Shown here: piece after piece, positions 60,314 through 64,000 of the stretch
Layout of the letters: each line of letters opens with the position of its first letter
Position numbering within the stretch: the first letter of the stretch is position 1
Notes under the pieces: generated by a model
What the model was told of the DNA's origin: nothing
Databases searched by the model: none
Seen by the model: only the letters and a program-made list of their open reading frames with translations
Assembly: GCA_963755715.1 (NCBI GenBank)
Contig: CAVWLW010000074.1
Span: 1-64,000, forward strand
Length of the DNA stretch: 64,000 bases
Direction of reading: 5' to 3'
Origin: an uncultured delta proteobacterium
GTDB lineage: Bacteria; Desulfobacterota; Binatia; UBA9968
Translations under genes and position numbers: made by a program

Positions 60314-61168
60314 GTGGATATACACGTTAGCCCGCAGATAGAAAGATTGATCCGCGACTCTCTCGATGAGGATATTGGCGCGGGAGACTTGGCGACAATG
60401 GCGACGATCTCAGCCGAGTCGCGCGGCACAGGATTATTCCGCGCAAAAAAAGAGGGCGTGGTGGCAGGTTTGGTTTTGCTCGACCGTATTTTTTATTTTA
60501 TCGATCACAGAGTCGAGGTGCGCTTGCGCGCCAAGGACGGCGCGCAGGTCACGCCAGGCATGGTAGTGGCCGAAGCGATTGGGCCGGTGCGGGCGCTGCT
60601 ACTCGCCGAACGCACGGCGCTCAACTTTCTCCAGCGCTTATCCGGCAATGCGACGCTCACGCGCAAATACGTCGAGGCGGTGAAAGATTTTCCCTGCAAA
60701 GTTCTCGACACCCGCAAAACCACGCCGGGACTGCGCACGCTGGAAAAATACGCTGTGCGCATGGGCGGCGGCATGAATCACCGAATCGGCTTATATGACG
60801 CGGCACTGGTGAAAGACAATCACATCGAAGCGACGGGTTCGATCGCAGAAGCGGTGAAAGCCGTGCGCCGGCACGCGCCGTTCATGGCCAAAGTGGAAGT
60901 GGAGGCGAGCAGCTTGAAACAAGTTCAGGAAGCGATCGACGCGGGCGCCGACGTGATTATGCTCGACAATATGACCTTGGCGCAGATGGCCGAGGCGGTG
61001 AAGCTGGTTAATAAACGGGCGTGGGTCGAAGCTTCCGGCGGCATCACGCTCGAAACGATTCGACAAGTCGCCGCCACCGGTGTTGATTTTATTTCTTCTG
61101 GCGCGCTCACTCATTCCGCGCCAGTCGTTGATTTCAACATGAAGATTACTATGAATGTCGAAAAGTGA
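60314..61168 (+). CDS. nadC: Quinolinate phosphoribosyltransferase
   Basis: ERTALNFLQR, DTRKTTPG, KDNH, MLDNM, EASGG. Confidence 0.96.
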   Translation: MDIHVSPQIERLIRDSLDEDIGAGDLATMATISAESRGTGLFRAKKEGVVAGLVLLDRIFYFIDHRVEVRLRAKDGAQVTPGMVVAEAIGPVRALLLAERTALNFLQRLSGNATLTRKYVEAVKDFPCKVLDTRKTTPGLRTLEKYAVRMGGGMNHRIGLYDAALVKDNHIEATGSIAEAVKAVRRHAPFMAKVEVEASSLKQVQEAIDAGADVIMLDNMTLAQMAEAVKLVNKRAWVEASGGITLETIRQVAATGVDFISSGALTHSAPVVDFNMKITMNVEK

Positions 61169-61991
61169 TCCCGGTTTCATGCCAGCCACGGCCAGCGGCG
61201 CGCCCCTCGACGTCAGAAAAGTTCAAGAACAATTGACAGCGCGGCGCCTTGGCGCCAAGTTTCACTACTTCACCGAGATTAGCTCTACCAATACACACGC
61301 GCGCGAACTTGCTGAGCGCGGCGCCGCCGAAGGCGAGATCGTGATCGGCGAAACGCAAACTCACGGGCGCGGTCGCTTGGGCCGGCACTGGGAATCGCCG
61401 TCCCTCGTCAATCTTTACTTATCGATCATTCTTCGTCCCAAATTGGCGCCGAAGCACGCGCCGCAGATCACTTTGATGGCGGCTGTCGCCTTGGTGGAGA
61501 CCTTTGCTCCGTTGATTGCACAGGCGCCGATAATCAAGTGGCCCAATGATATTTTGGTGAATAGCAAGAAGCTGGCGGGGGTTTTGACCGAGGCGGCTTG
61601 CTCGGCGGACCTGATCGAACACGTGATCCTCGGCATCGGCATCAATGTCAATTATCGCGTCGATTCGATGCCGCCGGAGCTTCGTTCACGGGCGACTTCC
61701 ATCGCCGATCTGACGCGGAATAACGTCGATCGCGAAAACGTTCTGCTGCGATTGATTCAGGCCCTCGACCGGTGCTATGGAGAGCTTGAAGAATTCGGCT
61801 TCGACGCTCTGCGGCGGCGTTGGGAAGCGCATTTCGGTTGGCGCGGACGGCGCGTAAAGGTTCAGCATCTGGATCAAGTTCTCACCGGCCGGGCGCGCGG
61901 CATCGAACGGGATGGAGCGCTGGTTCTTGAGGACGATCATGGAGTGCTGCACAGTATTTATGCCGGAGACGTGATTCCGTTGGAGACTTGA
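61155..61991 (+). CDS. birA: Biotin--[acetyl-CoA-carboxylase] ligase
   Basis: SSTN, QTHGRGRLGR.W, KWPND, KLAGVL, GIGIN. Confidence 0.94.
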   Translation: MSKSDPGFMPATASGAPLDVRKVQEQLTARRLGAKFHYFTEISSTNTHARELAERGAAEGEIVIGETQTHGRGRLGRHWESPSLVNLYLSIILRPKLAPKHAPQITLMAAVALVETFAPLIAQAPIIKWPNDILVNSKKLAGVLTEAACSADLIEHVILGIGINVNYRVDSMPPELRSRATSIADLTRNNVDRENVLLRLIQALDRCYGELEEFGFDALRRRWEAHFGWRGRRVKVQHLDQVLTGRARGIERDGALVLEDDHGVLHSIYAGDVIPLET

Positions 61992-62001
61992 AGTCCAATC
62001 C

Positions 62002-62796
62002 ATGCTTCTTGCCATCGATATCGGTAACACGAACATCGTTCTCGGCCTCTATCAAGGCAGAAAACTAGTCACCCACTGGCGTCTCGCCACGCAAGCGGAA
62101 CGAACCGCCGACGAATACGGCGTCATCATCTCGCAACTGATCGATTACTCCGGCCATCGCTGTCAGCAGATTTCCGCGATCGCGGTCTCGTGCGTCGTGC
62201 CGCCGATGCTGACGACCACGCAGGAGCTTGGGCAAAAATTTTTCCGAATCGATCCTTTGGTCGTCGGGCCGGGTATCAAGACCGGCATGCCGATTCTGTA
62301 TGAGAATCCCAAAGATGTCGGCGCTGACCGCATCGTCAACGGCATCGCCGCCTACGAAAAATATCACGACTCCTGCATCATCGTTGATTTCGGCACGGCG
62401 ACGACGATCGATTTGATTTCCAAGAAAGGCGAATACATCGGCGGCGCCATCGCGCCGGGGCTGTCGATATCGCTGGAAGCGTTGGTTCAGCGCGCCTCGA
62501 AGTTGCCGCGCATCGAGGTCATCAAGCCCAAAGAGGTCGTTGGCCGAAACACCATCCATTCGATCCAAGCCGGGATTTTTTACGGCTATGTCGGGTTGGT
62601 GGACGGCATCGTGCGGCGCATTCAAGATCAACACGACGGCCGTTCCAAGGTCGTCGCCACCGGCGGCTTGGCCCCTCTGGTGGCGTCGGAATGTTCGAGC
62701 ATCGATGAGGTGGATGAATTTTTGACGTTGGATGGTCTGCGCATTATCTACGAGAGGAATTCGCTTCAAGAAGTGAAAGTGAGAGCTCAAACTTAG
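62002..62796 (+). CDS. coaX: Type III pantothenate kinase
   Basis: IDIGNT, VGADR, VDFGTATT, GGAIAPG, ATGG. Confidence 0.96.
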   Translation: MLLAIDIGNTNIVLGLYQGRKLVTHWRLATQAERTADEYGVIISQLIDYSGHRCQQISAIAVSCVVPPMLTTTQELGQKFFRIDPLVVGPGIKTGMPILYENPKDVGADRIVNGIAAYEKYHDSCIIVDFGTATTIDLISKKGEYIGGAIAPGLSISLEALVQRASKLPRIEVIKPKEVVGRNTIHSIQAGIFYGYVGLVDGIVRRIQDQHDGRSKVVATGGLAPLVASECSSIDEVDEFLTLDGLRIIYERNSLQEVKVRAQT

Positions 62797-62824
62797 GATA
62801 ATCCGAAGGGAGGAATCCACTGTC

Positions 62825-64000
62825 ATGGCTGCAACGGAGCTAGACAAACTTCGTAATCTCGGCATTCTCGGCCAAGGAGGTTCCGGGAAAACCTCTTTGG
62901 GAGAGGCGATGTTGTTTGCGGCGGGAGCCACCCAGCGGCTGGGAAAAGTTCAAGACGGCACGTCGGTGTTGGACCATGAGCCGGAAGAAATCAAGCACCA
63001 TGTGTCGATCTCGACGGCGTTTCACTCCTTACCTTGGAAAAAATACGCCATCACTTTGATCGATACACCGGGCTACGCCGCGTTTCTCGCCGACTCGATC
63101 ACCTCCATGCGCGCGTTCGGTGGCGCGGTGTTTGCTCTCAATCCCGCCGTTAGGCTGCGCGTCGAGTCCGAGCAATTGTGGGCGAGAGCCAATGAGGACC
63201 GCGTGAGCCGCCTGCTTTTCGTGACCAAGATGGATCATGAGCCAGGCGACGTCGAACAACGGATCGCGCCGATTTTAGAAACCTTGGAAGCCAAAGGGGT
63301 CTATCTGCAAATGCCGATCGGCGCGGAGGCGAATTTCAAAGGCGTCGTCGATCTAATAGGGATGAAGGCGTATCTGTACGAAGGAGACGCGGGCAAGTTT
63401 GCCGAAACGGAGATTCCCGCGGATCTGAAGAGCACTGCCGACGAGTGGCGGCAAAAAATGATCGAGGACGTTTGCGAGACCGATGATCAACTGCTGGAAA
63501 AATTTCTTGACGGCAAGGAACCGAGCACGGAAGAATTAAAAAAAGCGATCCGCGAGGGCACCAGGGAACAGAAACATCTTTCCGATTCTCTTTGGCGCGC
63601 CGTTACGCCAAATCGGCATCGCGCAATTGCTCGATGCTGTCATCGACTATCTGCCATCGCCGCTCGATGAGGGCGAAGCGGAGGGGGTCAACCCCGCCAA
63701 TGGCGAAACGATCAAGCGCGCCGCCGATCCCAACGCTCCGTTTTCGGCCTATGTGTTCAAAACCGTGATCGATCCGTTCGCCGGCAAGCTTTCGATCATG
63801 CGGGTCATGTCGGGAAAAATCGCTCCGGACGTGACTTGCTACGTGCCGAGCCGGCAGGTGAAGGAAAAAATGGGTCACTTGTTTCGCCTCGAGGGCAAGA
63901 AGCAAGAAGCCGTGAAAGAAGCCGTGGCCGGTGAAATTGTCGCAGCGGCGAAATTCAAAGACATCGCCACCGGCGATACGTTGTGTGACGAAAAGGCGCC
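62825..64000 (+). CDS. fusA: Elongation factor G paralogue (EF-G2-like); frameshift near 63576; runs off the window
   Basis: GQGGSGKTSL, DTPG, TKMD; shifted frame continues IFPILFG..LLDAVIDYLPSP..VFKT..DPFAG. Confidence 0.88.

Noticed and set aside
63560-63600. Truncated EF-G (281 aa)
   Set aside because: The sequence continues as EF-G in the shifted frame to the window end.
1-64000. CRISPR array, rRNA, prophage structural genes
   Set aside because: No regularly spaced repeats or recognisable genes of these types were seen.

Overview
GC-rich bacterial chromosome segment. Gene style suggests a deltaproteobacterial-like lineage such as Ca. Binatia (inference only). Single-base indels break several ordinary or essential genes (valS, EF-G-like, PepT-like, O-methyltransferase, ExeA-like), which points to long-read assembly errors. 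Layout: (1) 1-4.8 kb decayed accessory region with an ExeA-like ATPase, gene remnants and small Zn-ribbon or helical-repeat proteins, followed by DAHP synthase; (2) 5-17.8 kb mixed genes: NUDIX, hydrolase, two VOC proteins, SDR, tenA, cls, BFD-like, methyltransferase, AlbA_2 protein, M20 peptidase; (3) a ~26 kb acyl-CoA supercluster at 17.8-44 kb with two thiolases, 3-hydroxyacyl-CoA dehydrogenase, an alpha2beta2 2-oxoacid dehydrogenase, two acyl-CoA dehydrogenases, an isobutyryl-CoA-type B12 mutase with MeaB, a PAL-type MIO enzyme plus CoA ligase upstream of a Cys-less thiolase-fold pair and two DUF35 genes, aceE-aceF-lpdA and a lipoate ligase; (4) a decayed ~4.1 kb island at tRNA-Met with a 50-bp att repeat, integrase, IS, LigD and GH13 remnants and a duplicated sigma-54 promoter/leader; (5) core genes thrB, csp, nuoB, ubiE/menG, polyprenyl synthase, tRNA-Leu, valS, nadC, birA, coaX and an EF-G paralogue. 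Best leads: the PAL / CoA-ligase / Ltp3-Ltp4-like / 2xDUF35 module, the duplicated sigma-54 leader, cargo shared between the two accessory loci, and a candidate pseudoknotted ncRNA at ~12.35 kb. All calls come from motif reading by eye; no searches were run.
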